In this document: positions 24,092-37,398 of the stretch, one piece after another
Position numbering within the stretch: position 1 is the first letter of the stretch
Layout: the number at the start of each line of letters is the position of its first letter
NCBI GenBank assembly: GCA_049999805.1
Contig: JBNGIO010006236.1
Coordinates: forward strand, 1-61,731
Direction: 5' to 3'
DNA length: 61,731 bases
From: Folioceros fuciformis
Taxonomy: Eukaryota
Notes under the pieces: model-generated
Databases searched by the model: none
The model's input: only the letters and a program-made list of their open reading frames with translations
Told to the model about the DNA's origin: nothing
Made by a program: the position numbers and the translations under genes

Positions 24092-24949
24092 ATGGCGTCG
24101 CAAAACGCGGTGTTGCACTTGCCCTCTGGGCCGACAGGTGTGGTTGCCAAGCTGCATCCTACAGTTCTCTTCAACATATGCGACTCTTACATCAGGCGCA
24201 ATGATCAGCAGGAGAGGGTTATCGGTACTTTGCTGGGCAGTGTGTCTGGGGATGGAGTGGTGGAGATTCGCAACTCGTACGCGGTACCGCACAACGAATC
24301 CCTTGATCAGGTGGCTGTGGACATCGATTACCACCGCACCATGTTTGACCTACATCAAAGGGTGAATACGAAGGAGGTCATCGTCGGCTGGTACTCCACT
24401 GGATATGGTGTGTCTAGCAGCGATGCCCTCATCCATGACTTCTACGCCAGGGAGGCGCCTCCCAACCCCGTCCATTTGACAGTGGACACGACCTTCTCTG
24501 ATGAGAAGGCAAACATCAAGGCTTATGTCTCCACATCCCTGACTCTTGGAGATCGGCCATTAGCCGCACAGTTTCATGAGATCCAGCTTGACTTGAGGAT
24601 GCTGGAAGCGGAACGGGTTGGTTTTGACGTGTTGAAGAAGACAATGGTTGACAAGCTACCCAATGATTTGGAAGGGCTGGAAGCTTCAATGGAGAGGCTG
24701 AAAGGAATGATCGACACTGTCCTGGCATATGTTGACAGTGTTGTGGAAGGAAGGGTACCTGCGGACAACACGATCGGGAGGTATCTTGCTGACACTCTTT
24801 CCTCTGTTCCAAGGATTGGATCAGATGCTTTTGACAAGCTGTTCAACGAGAGCATCCAGGACTTGCTTCTAGTACTGTACTTGGCGAATTTAACGAATAC
24901 ACAACTAACTCTTGCGGAGACACTCAATACTGCTGCTCAGACAATTTAG
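24092..24949 (+). CDS. eIF3f: eukaryotic translation initiation factor 3 subunit F (MPN domain), intronless CDS
   Basis: LHPTVLFNICDSYIRRNDQQERVIGTLLG, NSYAVPHNES, EVIVGWYSTG, QDLLLVLYLANLT. Confidence 0.96.
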   Translation: MASQNAVLHLPSGPTGVVAKLHPTVLFNICDSYIRRNDQQERVIGTLLGSVSGDGVVEIRNSYAVPHNESLDQVAVDIDYHRTMFDLHQRVNTKEVIVGWYSTGYGVSSSDALIHDFYAREAPPNPVHLTVDTTFSDEKANIKAYVSTSLTLGDRPLAAQFHEIQLDLRMLEAERVGFDVLKKTMVDKLPNDLEGLEASMERLKGMIDTVLAYVDSVVEGRVPADNTIGRYLADTLSSVPRIGSDAFDKLFNESIQDLLLVLYLANLTNTQLTLAETLNTAAQTI

Positions 24950-25927
24950 GCCAGGCTAGAGTTTCTCACGGCAGGGAACTGATGGGGCGATGGTTTGAGG
25001 GCATTTGTCGGCAGCAATGTGGTTGCTTTAGTTTAGTTCAGACCGGGTCAAGAGAATCCTGTTAAAATTTTGTTGTGTACCATTCCGTTTGAATATGAGT
25101 ACTTCGATCACAGTTTGTGTGGCTTTGTGGATGGAGGATGCATCTTCTTGGATTCAGGTGATCGCTTTATACTACCTCCACCGATGAGTGCCAATTGAAC
25201 CATGCCTAGCGGTATATTGAAATGCTCTGGCTATGCCTAGAACTCTGTTGCAAGGTTGAAGGGTGAACTTTTTGTGTTTCTTCTAGCCAGGGCACATGCT
25301 TTCGTTGTGGCTGTGGAAACGTTTCCCTGAAGCGTGGTAGCAGGGGCGAGTGTACCAGGCAATTTTAAGCTTCTGATCAAGCCCAAGGAGGTTACGTCCT
25401 TTGTTTACGGTGCAAGGAAGCCAGCCTCGTCACGCGTGATGATTTGGTTTGTATGATCCGGTTGTAACTAACAGTGCGAATTTGTCTCGAGTTTACTCAA
25501 TTCTTTGCAGGTTTGCTACTACCCGGTGGCGATAAACAAGTTCATGTCACGTGTTCCCTTTATTGCCGCGATAAAGTAGAAACACTTACAACCCATGGGT
25601 TGGGGACAGCTATGCCACAACACGTCCAACAACCTCGGGTTCGGAACAGTTATGCCACTTAGCCTTCTAGAACTAGAGCACGAGCCTGGGGACCGATGTA
25701 ACAAAATCCTTCAGCTCATGCGGGCTATCTGCCAGCCCTGGTGGAAATAAAAATCTGCCCCTTCCACTCTAACGCCGCCGGCTGGTAACCAACATCATCG
25801 GTGGTTCTTCCCTGCCTCCATTCGGCTCTGGTCAATCAAGCTCAAGCTAACATGCTGTGCTCGCCGGCTATGGAGTCACGACACACAAAAGGAGGCCATC
25901 AGAAAAATGCAACCAATCCCACCTTCA

Positions 25928-26833
25928 TCAGTCATCGTCCTTGTCATCAGACTTCCTCAACTTCGTCTCGCCTCCCTCTTTGCCGAACGGCAAATGCATG
26001 GGGCCGAAGGGAGTGTCTGCCTCGAGGCTTCCAAAAAAGTCGTAGCCGGTGCCCCTACCCCTAATGATGTCCCACAAGGCTCCCCCAAAATCCTTTGGCC
26101 GGAAGGAGATGGGAAGATCTAGGTAGGACACACCCTTGGCCCCAATCTTGGTGGACTGGCCCAGCACAGCCTTACCGACTGGCACCCCGGCCAATGTGAG
26201 CTGGTAGTCCAGCTTATTGATCCCGATGTCGAACTTATTCAAGTTCTCCACCTTCAGGTGCAGAGTGGCAGCTGTCTCCTCTAGCGAAAGATGATCCCAC
26301 ACAACCTTCTCGACGTCAACATCCGGCTTCTCCGGGATCGGAAACTCCCCTTCTTTCTCCAAAGGCACCGTGATCTTTCCGAAAACGGGCACATCAGCAA
26401 TGAGATCTATTTTGACCTTGTAAGGGAACACCTCCCCGGGCTCGAAGTCATCGAACGCGTCTACCAGCTCCTTGAAGATCAACTTGAGCGGGATCTTGAT
26501 GGTTTCAGATCCGTGAGCCTTGAGGGTGCCGGCATCTGGAATTTTACCCGACAAAATGTGGTTCTTCCCGCTCTCAATGCTGTAATTGATGTCCACCAGT
26601 GGTATGGGCAGAGGGTTTGGATTCTTGATGAGCAGCTCAATAATAACATCAGCCTCCTTCAAACTGATGGCCGGCAGGTGAAACCCTGCGACGTGCGCAG
26701 TTGGCTTCCCGAATCCGATGGCCTCCTCGATCTTCTCCCCGATGTCGTGAACGAACTCTTTCACCTTCTCCACAAACGTCTGTCCCTCGCTATCGGTCGC
26801 CTCCTTGGTCGCAGCCTTAGCCTCGTCCGCCAT
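25928..26833 (-). CDS. LEA_2 / LEA14-like desiccation-related protein with two WHy domains, intronless
   Basis: EKVKEFVHDIGEKIEEAIGFGKPTA, KNPNPLPIPLVDINY, DAGTLKAHGSET, SFRPKDFGGALWDIIRGRGTGY; first ATG at 26833. Confidence 0.92.
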   Translation of the reverse strand: MADEAKAATKEATDSEGQTFVEKVKEFVHDIGEKIEEAIGFGKPTAHVAGFHLPAISLKEADVIIELLIKNPNPLPIPLVDINYSIESGKNHILSGKIPDAGTLKAHGSETIKIPLKLIFKELVDAFDDFEPGEVFPYKVKIDLIADVPVFGKITVPLEKEGEFPIPEKPDVDVEKVVWDHLSLEETAATLHLKVENLNKFDIGINKLDYQLTLAGVPVGKAVLGQSTKIGAKGVSYLDLPISFRPKDFGGALWDIIRGRGTGYDFFGSLEADTPFGPMHLPFGKEGGETKLRKSDDKDDD

Positions 26834-27503
26834 TGGAGCCTCTTCGAATGACACTCAGCGACACAGTCTCAGCCAGCCGAGCGGCAGGACTCCAGATACA
26901 TACATCTGTGAGAACAGACCCCGGACGTAGCTGTTTAAGCCCTAAGTGCAAGCGCGTGCGCCGAGACGTGCCGAGCGGCCATGTTGCCAGGTACAGGTGT
27001 GCTAAGTACGAACGGAGAACCAAATGTCGAAGAATAGCAGCTCCGTGCAATGAACGTACTGCCAACTTGTGCTCTGGCATCGAGGAGTAATAACTCATTT
27101 ACTTGGGGAGACAACATGCAAAAACTTCTCGGGAAGGGCGCAAACATTATTGGCTTTCATTAGGGAGCTGAAAAACCTAGGAGAGACCCAAGGCTATCAT
27201 GGAAGACGATATCGGCAGGATATCGATTAGCGAGACCATATGTCATGCTGGATCAAAGAAATAATACTAATACACAAAGGTGCCGTACAAGAAATCCACA
27301 ACTCTTAGACCTCTCTACCGGCATTCGTTATCTATAGTACATGCTGAAACTCACTGAAAGGGAGAGGATCACGTCATGTCCACTCTCGGAATCCTGTAAG
27401 GTAACCACTCCAAGTTGAACGACCTGGCATTTGGATTCAAGACCACACGCAAATTCCGTGTGCTTGGTTTCAATAGTGAGCAACCTCCACCAAGCTTCCA
27501 CCG

Positions 27504-28465
27504 TTATTGCAGTTTCACAACTGTCCGCAACCGATACTGATACTGGGGTTGAGAATCGTCTTCCTCCTCTTCATCGCTCAAATCATCTCCAACACTTCCC
27601 CACCGAGAGTAGTCAACCCCGGAGTGACCCTTGGGTTTTGCAATGGCTCCCCATCCTTTCGCTTCCTCAGCTGGCGGCTCTTCTGGCTGAGGAGGTAGAG
27701 TTGTGGTAGGGGAAGATGATCCTAGAGCCCTGCTGTTAGGTGAATCCGGGGGAGACACATCCTCCACTTCCGAAGGAGCTTCACTATCGGCCTCCGGAAT
27801 TGTCGTAAGACACTGTGCACACACGAAACGTCACTTGTTACTGAGACCCTGGACGGCGTCGTCTCCAAAAGCTTATGCGAAGGAATTAAGAAGCGTACGG
27901 GCCGGGGACATGGTGAAAGCATACCAGTTGAGTCCTAAGGCGCGCTTGAAGATTACGGTACGCATCTGAGGAAGGGTTGATCTCAATCAGCCTGTTGACA
28001 TCAAACAAGGCAGACTGGTAATCCTTCAGCGCAACAAGCGTCTGCGCTCTGAGCATCAAGGCGCCTGCATGCTTGGGGTCCAGCTCCAGCACAGCCGAGC
28101 ATTCTTCAGCTGCCTGCGCCGCGAGGGAACCTCAAATCAAACATAGACCGAGACAAGAAAAGAGACACGATGAGCATCCTCCTCCCTCCCTGCAGCTCAG
28201 GGGAACACAATCACTCCAAAACTCGCAACGCGCGGCGGAAATCCCGATCCAGCAAGGGTGCAACCCCATAGAAAGCGTGCAGCTGAGCTACCTGCTGAAA
28301 GCTGTGAATCTTAAGGTAGCAGGCAGCGCGGTTGCTGTGGAGAGCAATCCGGTGCGACCGTTGCGTCGCCAAGCCCAGGGCTGTGGAGTAGAGCAGCAGC
28401 GCATCCTCGTAACGTCCCTCCCTGTACTTCTGGTGCGCAGCCTCCGTGCGCGATAGTGCGCTCAT
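27504..28465 (-). CDS. tetratricopeptide repeat protein (3 exons)
   Basis: ALHSNRAACYLK|AAEECSAVLELDPKHAGALMLRAQTLVALKDYQSALFDVNRLIE..; conserved tail KPKGHSGVDYSRW. Confidence 0.88.
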
Positions 28466-29009
28466 CCTGCGGGCTCAAAATGGGAGCAGAGCCGCTCCCC
28501 TCCACAGCCCTGTCCAAAGCCACTCCCTCGGCGGGTGTGCGCGTGAAGTGGAGGCGAGGGGAGTCCGTGCGAGAAGCCGCAGCCAGGAGGTAGTGGCGGT
28601 GCCAAAAGCTTGGCACGTCTCGCTCGTTCCACTCACCGGTCTGCCGAAAACTACCCACGGTCGTCATGCGCTGTGCACATGCCGTGTGGAGCAGCTGGGT
28701 CCGGGCCTCGGGCCCGGTGAAACAAAATTCGGCGCTAATTCGGGCATTTTTGTCCTGGCTTACGTTCGAAATTTGAACTTCACTGTGTCGGTTCAAACCG
28801 GTGACAATAATTTTTCAATGGATACTTAGGGCGGCAGCGAGCCGCACGAGGCCCGACAGGCACATGGCTAAGTTTGAAGAGCCTGTGACGTTGAGGAGGC
28901 CACGGTGCCCAGCGTCTTTAAATCCCTCTCAGCGAGTGCAATATCGTCATCATAATCTTAGGAAGTCCAGTTGCTTTCCTTCCCCTTCTCCCCAGTCTTA
29001 TCTCCATCC

Positions 29010-32000
29010 CTAAAGTTCACCCCACCCGAGTGCGTCCCGGGAACCCGGGATAGTACCGCCCGGAACACCAATCCGGACGGGGCATGAGATGTGCGCCACC
29101 TTGGACTCCGCCTCCAGCTGCGCTGAACCGGAGCCGAAAAGCATGTGGCTCCCACCCACTTTCCCTACAGTGCCGTCGCGGTGGATCGCACTGGGGTATG
29201 AGGCAAACCCCACTAAAACGTAGCTTCCTTTGGAGAAGACATGACAGCAGCTTACTCGTCTTGGGTGGTTTTAGCATCAGTTCTGTGCGAGGAGGAGGCC
29301 TTCCGACTGCCTAGAGGCAGCGACGCTTGAGCAAACTTGGGTGGCCGCTTCACGCCCCTCTTGCCGCAATTATCTGTGGGCGGCCCGGGAACACCTCCTG
29401 AGCAATTCTTAGCTCATGAGAACATGGGGAATCCGCACCGTCAAAGGACCGAATAGTGGAAACCCGTACCTGTTTGATTCCGAACCTCCTCTTCTCGAGC
29501 AGCAAGACGCTGTTCATAGAATATACGGTGCTGCGGCGGTACGAACTCGGCAAACCTGGAGTTTTAGTTGGACGAAATTGAACACCGTGTAAGACAGTAA
29601 CCAGCAAAGGATTCCTGGTGAGAAGGAAAATGACGGGTGAGGGGGGGGGGGGGGGTTTGTACCTTTTGAGCAGAAAAATCCGCTCAGGTGCCGAAAATAT
29701 GTTTGCGACCGTGTCGATGACCTTGGTCATGTCCAATGGTTGGCTTTTCAACTTTTTCATGCACGCTAAGAAGCTGTTGAACTCCAAAATGCTCAGCCGG
29801 GCTTTCACCTGGTCAGACAGTTGATGCAATAGTGAATGCGTAATTTACACTGGTTTGAAAGGCGTACCTCTATCTGATGCTGCACATATTAACGGTACCC
29901 CAAAACAAAGGACGTTCGACCATTGATGGTGGCAGGATCAGAGGAAATTCTCGTCTCAGCGTACCTCTTTCAAAAACTCTCCGGCAACTTTCTCCTTGCC
30001 TTCACTGCTTTTCGATGAGCCTTCCTGTCTTTCAGCTGTCCTAACTGCTTTCTCACTGCTACCTATGGAGCTGTCAGCAACCTGGTTAGCGGTGGTGGCA
30101 AGGTTGATGGCATGCCTTTCTAATCCCCACGGTTTGTCCGATGGGGGAGCCTTTGAACCCGTGTTCTTGACCTGGGCACTTTTTGTTGTGTTCACATTAT
30201 TCTTCACACCAATTGCCTGATGTGCTGGGGTGATGGATGCATTGCTCAAGAGCTGAGCTCCAGCCTTTTCGCGAGTGGCTGCAAGCATGGCTGAAAGAGA
30301 GGGGCGTACCGTGGTGGCATTGCCACCTGTCTCAGGACCCTGTGTACGAAGCTGTCCCTACAGCCACACATCAGGTTGCGTCAGGCTCTAACTACCGGTC
30401 GTAACTGTAACGTCTATTGCCAGAGAAGTGCCTGCCTTACCGACACTGTTGTAGTCCTTCGTCCCAAAACTTCACAGCCGGAAGCTCTCGTCTCATATTC
30501 GACAGGCTGGACGTTTCTTTCCTCTGCTGTGCAAGGCTGAAAATGAAAAACAGACTCTTTCTGGAGTTGGTAGTAATACAAGGTTGGAAGGTTGACAAAC
30601 CATGAAGTCTTGTGGGCAATGAAGTCTGAGCCACTTTTTGGATTTCTCCATGATGACTTATTTGGTCGTCCTTCAAGTTCTCTGCAGCAAGTAGGGACAG
30701 AACTTGAGACTCAGGTGCTATGTTCGAATAGGAATCAAAAGAAATCAACGAGCAAACCACGAAGCTGAAAGGACCCAATAGTATCCTTAGTTCAGTGGAG
30801 CACAAACGAAATCAATACTCTTGGGAAGTACGACATCCTCTGATGGATTCCTATCTCTGAAAAATCTTGTAAGAGAGTATGAAGCATCCCCGAATTTCGT
30901 ATAGCACTGCACAGATTTGACGGGGCCACCTGAGAATGAAGACATGGTTGCAATCAAAATTCGTCAGCATGAGCGTCGAGCATACCCTGATATGGGGCCT
31001 GAGCCACAGAGACATCTGACTCTGAGCGCTCCCTTGACCGAACCTGAAATCACCAGGTACCGATCAATCTCAGGTGCTGAAAGTTTGAACAAAAGCACCG
31101 AGCTATTCTTAACAAAGAGACACACAGACCTTTCATCACACAAGATGATTGCACCATAGTCATCTCTGTGGCGGATAACACGTCCCACTGCTTGATTCAC
31201 AGCTCTTGCTGCTTGCTGTACATACCATTCTTCTCCCTTTAAGACCTGCGTCACACACGACTAAAGGTTAGCAGCAACTCAGCTACGCTCGTATTTACGT
31301 TTGCACCCAAAAGTTTGGATGAGGCGTGCTTTTTCCTCTTGACAGCTACCTGTTCTACAGACTGATTCTTAACTGAACAGTAAAGGACGGACCTGCTTTG
31401 ATTTGTTCTGCTGCAGTCGGACTTGCTCATCTAAGTATTCCCGCTTCAACCGCACCTGCTTTTGCAGCCAAAGCGATTCATAAGGACGCAGTGGCTCAGC
31501 AGCATATCCTGTCCATTAGCTGCTCTTGAAAGTGCAGAAGAGTGCTACGCTGGAGTTCATATACGCAAACGAACACACCTTTGGATCTGTCTTCATAGCA
31601 TAAGGGATTCCCGTCACAACTACAGCCCGTCCTGCTCGATCTGCAAAGTCCAACCCCTCACTGACCTGAAAGGTTTTCCAGATCAATAACAATTTTGACT
31701 CTCTGGACTTCATTGAGCTGACAACGAGAATTCTTGTAGTGATTGATGTGCAGCAAATTTCTGTTACAGCATAAGAGAGCAGGTCTGCACCTTCCCACGG
31801 CAGACAGCAAAGAAAATAGCTCCTGTGGAAAAGGTCGCCTTCAATTTCGTAGTGAAGTCCTAGGAGCACACAGACGAAATAGGTTTATTAGCAATCCGAA
31901 ATGCCTCATCTGATTGCTAAACGTTATTGAACGCCAGTACCTCCATAGCCAGATTAAACAGTTCAGACTCCTTAGGTTCTATTACTGGTTGCTTATGCTT

Positions 32001-34922
32001 GCATATTCTTTCCCATACAGTAGTCGTGCTTCCTGTAGAAAGAGGGCTCTGCCCTCTTAAACCATACAGCCATCAAGCTCGGAAAACTCAGGTTTCAGAG
32101 AAGTTTGAGAAGGAAAGAAACACAAGGAAAGCTACCTGACTTTGCCATGCTTCAATGCAGGCATTGAGAAGGTAGTAGGATGGGAAGAACACGAGAACAC
32201 CATCTGGAACTATCCTTGCAAGATTAACTGAATAAATGGAAATAAACATCCCTCAGATTTCCAAATCGCCTCAGAAAAATTTACGTCAAATCAGATAGCT
32301 GGACAGGATCTTACCGATGGTATTTCCCAGCTCAAGCTTATATTCTGGTGAATCCCTGCTCCGATACGATGAGTTCAGGGGCCTGCCATATGGTCCCACA
32401 GGAAGCACACCAACCCATATTTGGCTGGGTCCGATGACATGAGGATTTTCAAGTCGTATATTGAACGGCCTACATGATAAGTCTCACTGTATTAACAACA
32501 GTCCAATAGAGAAAGGGTGCATAAGTGCCCTCTTCCACCTCCGTAAGGCACAGGTACACGAGTAGGGAGGCTTACAAATTTAATTCCATGGCAAAAGAAT
32601 CCATAGGGCTCAGTGTCCCAGAAGTCAGAATCACAGATCTGACACCCAACCGTGCAAACTCCTCCATTGCAATTCCAGGATTGAAACACCACCAACTCAG
32701 GATACGCGGATTCTTTGATCCTGAATTTGACAACGGTTCATGCAGCCAACGAGCTTGCTTTTAACGCAAAAACATTTTAGCAGACATATTTGTGACAGAG
32801 AAGGAGGCAGGTGCTGAAAAAAACCTTTTGCAGTGCGATCTCCTTCTTTGCTTCGAGACTCATGAATGTGCACCTAATTCACAGCATTCACCGCCCTTCA
32901 GCAATCCACCTATCCAGCCTTCGCAAAACATATAGGTGGCCAGAGGACAGCAGACAAATTCATCTTACTCGATAGCAAGTAGCATGGGAGCGATCAGTAC
33001 CCCTGAAAATCAGCCTCAACGCATCCCGCAAACCTTGAAGGCGATAAGTTGAACTTAAGGAAAACCTGACAGATTTGGTTGTTGCCTCTGCCTCACCAAC
33101 ATAAGCTTTATAGCTAGTAACTTAGGAGATCAAATGATTGAACCACAAAGAAGCCTCGATCAACTTACCATCCTGAAGAAGTTCAGTAGCCTGATCAATA
33201 GTATCTATGAGCATGGTCACCGTTTCCCAGGTGATCTTAATTTCCTCCAGAAAGTCATAAATATATGGCCCCGGCTTTGTCAACCCCAGCTCCTGTGATC
33301 CTATATCCAGATCAGTGATTCTCTTCTCTAGCTCCAGAAGAAGAGCTGGACAAAGAGACCGCTGAAAGTCAGCATATGCAGTAGGTCTTCATGGAAGACT
33401 GATGATAACCTCAACTGGAAAAGCATCATTCTTGGCCACCTTGAAGCACAGCAAAGTTGTCTGGGTCCAGGGACGTATCAGCAGCATTATCAGTTGCTCT
33501 ACGGGCAAGAGCCAGGTCCACACATTGCTTTGCCTCCACAATGCAAGCAGTCAAGTGTGACGCCGGCAAATCAAAAGATGACGCATCTGCGCAGATGCCT
33601 TCCTACAAAGAAATTGATGTAAGTGTCCTGTTGTTGTGATAAATAACTTTCCTGTTCCGCTGAAAGGAAACATAAGAAAGAAAAGAGCTGATGTCCAAGC
33701 AACCGTAGTGGATCTTTCTTACAAGGTTGTGTGCCTCATCAAAAATAAGAACTGTCCTCTCCCAGCTTATGCCTGTGAGGGAACGCCGATTCTCCTTATC
33801 AATGAGGTAGTTGTACGGTACAAACATGAGATCGACAGTGTTGTGCAGCTCACGAGAAAGATAATAGGGGCACCTGCCAGCATTGCAGTTATCTGTGAGC
33901 ATTGTACTCACCAGCCGTTTGTGCAAAACCGGCAAGCATCCTGGCGAAAAAAAACACTTACGGTCCCTGTGTCTTGCCAATGGTGACCAAATCTTCAATG
34001 TCTATGGGCTCGTCACCAAGCTCTGGATGGGCTTTTAGGTAGTCTGCAGACAAACCATGTCTGTGACATCAAGGGGCAAACAGCCTCGATTCTTGGGTTT
34101 GAACCAAAAAATGCATTTGACGTACCAGCAACGCGATTGTGATGGTGGCAAGACCGAGCTTTTGTTAATGCACGGCAAGCATGATTCTGCACACGCCCCC
34201 GAAGGCTGCGTATACTCGGATTTATACACATTTGCTCCCTGGATCCCAACACCACCATCTTCGGTCTGCAAAGTTGCTCAACTTAGCCTGAAAGTTGTGT
34301 AACGGGGCTCATAAAGATCGTTCATTAAAGCTCGAGAACAGGGCACTGCAGTACAAACCAGACAAAAAAACATGAAGCCATACCTATATGCAGTAACCTT
34401 GAGTTCACCGATGACTTGTTGAAGCTGACTGTGTGTGCGGGATGCGTAAATTATCATGGGCAACTTTGGGCCACCAGGCTCCAATTGACTCAAGCCCATT
34501 CTCTCGCCAGTTTGAGAATATGACTGATAAGAACCTACAGTAGCTGCCAGGCTCTCCCTCCAAGCCAAAGTGGCACAGAGCAGGCAGAGTGTCTTTCCTG
34601 TGCCCGTCGGGCTTTCCAGTAATGCATTTCGACCCTACGCAATTCAAATTAGTGCCTTCAAAAGTGCTATCACAATATCGGCTAGGGTTGTTATATGATC
34701 TCCTTCTTCCCATTCTGATAATCAAATTCAAATCAAACGCTTGGCCATCAACAAAAATACCCTCTCAGTCAACTCTTACTCCGGTAGGAACTTCATCAGT
34801 TGAGTCAGAAAAGTTTGAACCTGCTGAAGAGCATGTATGACGCGCTCCATGTACACCAGCTGACAATCGTAGGCATCGAATGGAAATTGCACGTTGATCC
34901 CTCCAATTCTATATGAAGGCAT
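29010..34922 (-). CDS. RTEL1: regulator of telomere elongation helicase 1 (RAD3/XPD-family Fe-S helicase), multi-exon
   Basis: [125 protein letters not shown]-terminal helical domain ([17 protein letters not shown]). Confidence 0.94.
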
Positions 34923-35123
34923 GGTCTCGCTTTACTGTCACTCATCAGGCATGAATAAACAACGCCTCGCTCCTGATGAGTTGATGCAAGCAAATTGGGA
35001 CCTCGGATTTTCTTCAAACTTGATGAGGAAGATATCACATGATATCAAAAGTCCCACTAAAACCAACAGTGGTGGGCACTTATATACGTTCCAGTCAAAG
35101 AGTAGGGTTCACTACCTTCTCTT

Positions 35124-35290
35124 CCTCAGCTTGTCTGTCCGGACAGCAGATTCTTGAATCATTGAAGGGTAGGGCTCAATCCCCGTCTCATCCTCAGCTC
35201 CGCAAACAGGACAGCAGATACTTGGATTTCAGCGTTGAAGGGTATGGCTCAATAGTGTCTATTCCTCAGCTCCACAAACCGGATAGGAAC
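35124..35290. repeat. ~70-bp imperfect tandem duplication in the RTEL1/methyltransferase intergenic spacer
   Basis: cctcagct...ggacagcaga..ttgaagggta.ggctcaat repeated ~2.3 times. Confidence 0.7.
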
Positions 35291-35352
35291 TCCTTGGATT
35301 GCTAGAGTTCATTTGTCGGGTTGTCAATCAGGTGTCCCGACCAGCTAGCTTG

Positions 35353-36042
35353 ATGCGCTACACAGGGTCCCCGGTGGTGGAGCTGCCGGTGGGAGGAGAG
35401 ATTCTGCGCTTTGAGCAGGACAATGGGTCCATGCATGTGGGGACCTCTGTCTGGGAGTCTTCGCTGGTGCTCGTGAAGTGGGTTGAGAGGTGTAGGACTG
35501 AACAAAGCGGATCGCTACCAGAAATCGGGGCGAAGCGGGCGGTAGAGCTTGGCACAGGCTGCGGGGTGGCAGGTCTGGGATTGGCAGTCCTGGGCTTGAA
35601 TGTCACGCTCACAGATATTCAGCCAGTAATGCCTGCTTTGAAGCGCAACGTGAAGAAGAACCTCGCGGCAACTTGCCTTGCCTCTGCAGGGAAGGCGGGA
35701 AGCAAGGCTGGAAAAGTTAAGGTTGCGCAACTTTACTGGGGAAACGTCAAGCAGATCGATGCGTTGAAGCCGCCATTTGATATCGTGGTGGCTACAGATG
35801 TAGTTTACATGGAGGACCTGGTGCAGCCCTTGTTGACAACGATGAGCGCGTTGGCAGGGCCCGACACAGTTATTCTGCTGGGGTACCAGTTGAGGTCCCC
35901 TGAAGCGCATGCCCTTTTCTGGAGACGTTGTCTAGAGCTTTTCCTTGTCACAGAGATCCCTCGGGCAGAGTTGCATCCAAGCTATGCTTTTCCCGAAAAC
36001 AGTGTTTACATCCTCAGAAAGCGATCAAATCCAGATTCGTAG
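35353..36042 (+). CDS. methyltransferase family 16 (METTL21-like) protein-lysine methyltransferase, intronless
   Basis: HVGTSVWESSLVL, AVELGTGCGVAGL, LTDI, LYWG, FDIVVATDVVY. Confidence 0.9.
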   Translation: MRYTGSPVVELPVGGEILRFEQDNGSMHVGTSVWESSLVLVKWVERCRTEQSGSLPEIGAKRAVELGTGCGVAGLGLAVLGLNVTLTDIQPVMPALKRNVKKNLAATCLASAGKAGSKAGKVKVAQLYWGNVKQIDALKPPFDIVVATDVVYMEDLVQPLLTTMSALAGPDTVILLGYQLRSPEAHALFWRRCLELFLVTEIPRAELHPSYAFPENSVYILRKRSNPDS

Positions 36043-36402
36043 TGAGTCATTTGGAGGTGCACTACCAGCTGTGCTGCATCAAAACCGTGTAGGAAAGGGA
36101 ATGAGATGCAGTCCTTGGTGGCTTCAGAGATCATAAACGACGGGCAGTGACCATTTATAGAGGGTGTTGCAGACAAATAAATCAATTCACAGTCTCTGCA
36201 GATCAAGGGCAAAAGCCATGTTCACCTGAATCATTCTACAGCAGGCAATACTCCTAAGACATACGAGACTGTGAACAAATGATGATTAATTCATTTTCCA
36301 TCCACAACATCCAAGTCCTCTCTGCCTAGCCTGGGCAAAAGAGTTCAGGTTCTGGGAATGATCTGATAGTGCTACGAAAGCGTAGAGGTACAGGCTGCGG
36401 CA

Positions 36403-37398
36403 TCACACCCCAAATACCAGGTCAACTAACCTAGAAACCGCAGAACGAACAGGGGATGCGATGGGCCTTAGTGGCTGCGGACCTTGGGCCTCCGCCCCAT
36501 TCAGGTAGTATGGCCTAACTGTTGAGGCAGTAACAACATCTCTCGTGGGGGTTTGTGAAGGTGAGGGGACAGACTCATGGCCCTGAGACAGCTGCTTCAG
36601 AGCTGCTGCGTGGACGAAGTCCACGGGCTTCACACCCACCAGCAGAGAGTTGCTCAGCTGCGTGCCGTTCTTATGCAGAGCCTTCTGAGCATCATGTTTG
36701 TTCTGAAATTGGATGTGCAAAAAATTGGAACCATCTGGCCCTGGAAGGTAGTTCAGGAAAGGTCCACATTTCTCGAACTCCCGCAAAACCAGCTGGCAGT
36801 GGGCAGAAGCAAAGCCATACACTGTCACCCACTCCTCAAGCTCATCCCTCTCAGTCAGATTCGGCCTGACGAAGGAGACGGGGGAGATCTGCATATCCTG
36901 CTGCTCAGGGGTTTCCACATGCGGGTCCACTACCTCCTTCCCCTTCCCTCTGTCAGGAGTTTGAAACTGCAGCTTCTGGCTCCTGAGAGGGGAGTGCACC
37001 GGAAACCCTTGCTGCACCGGGTCACCAGAATAAGGAGAGCCAAAGCTCCTCCGGCTGCCACTGTCTTGCCTAGGTGGAGTCCCCCGTGGTTGAGAATCAC
37101 GGCGGAGGAACGGGCCGCCCCCCATGCTGGAGAAGGAGCTGCTCCTCAGATCAAAAGAATCTCCTCCGCTGAGACTGCCATCCAACTGTGCGTCCTCCAG
37201 AGTGGCACAAGGAGGCGGCGGAAGATGGTCGATACCGCCCGACTGCTCCCTCCATGATGGAGAAGAGCCCAGCTTCCCTCCTCCTGTTCCTGGCACGGGA
37301 GTAGCCGCCAAGTCCTTGTAGAACAAAGACTGCGGCCTGGACCGACGCGCAGTCGTGGTCCTCTTCGAGCCGGTGGAGAGCGCTCCAGGCGTGGCCAT
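36403..37398 (-). CDS. NUP35: nuclear pore complex protein NUP35 (Nup53/35 RRM-like domain), intronless
   Basis: QSLFYKDLA.P, PPPP..TLED, EEWVTVYGF..VLREFEKCG, HIQFQNKHDAQKALHKNG.QL..LLVGVKPVD, terminal LVDLVFGV. Confidence 0.92.
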   Translation of the reverse strand: MATPGALSTGSKRTTTARRSRPQSLFYKDLAATPVPGTGGGKLGSSPSWREQSGGIDHLPPPPCATLEDAQLDGSLSGGDSFDLRSSSFSSMGGGPFLRRDSQPRGTPPRQDSGSRRSFGSPYSGDPVQQGFPVHSPLRSQKLQFQTPDRGKGKEVVDPHVETPEQQDMQISPVSFVRPNLTERDELEEWVTVYGFASAHCQLVLREFEKCGPFLNYLPGPDGSNFLHIQFQNKHDAQKALHKNGTQLSNSLLVGVKPVDFVHAAALKQLSQGHESVPSPSQTPTRDVVTASTVRPYYLNGAEAQGPQPLRPIASPVRSAVSRLVDLVFGV

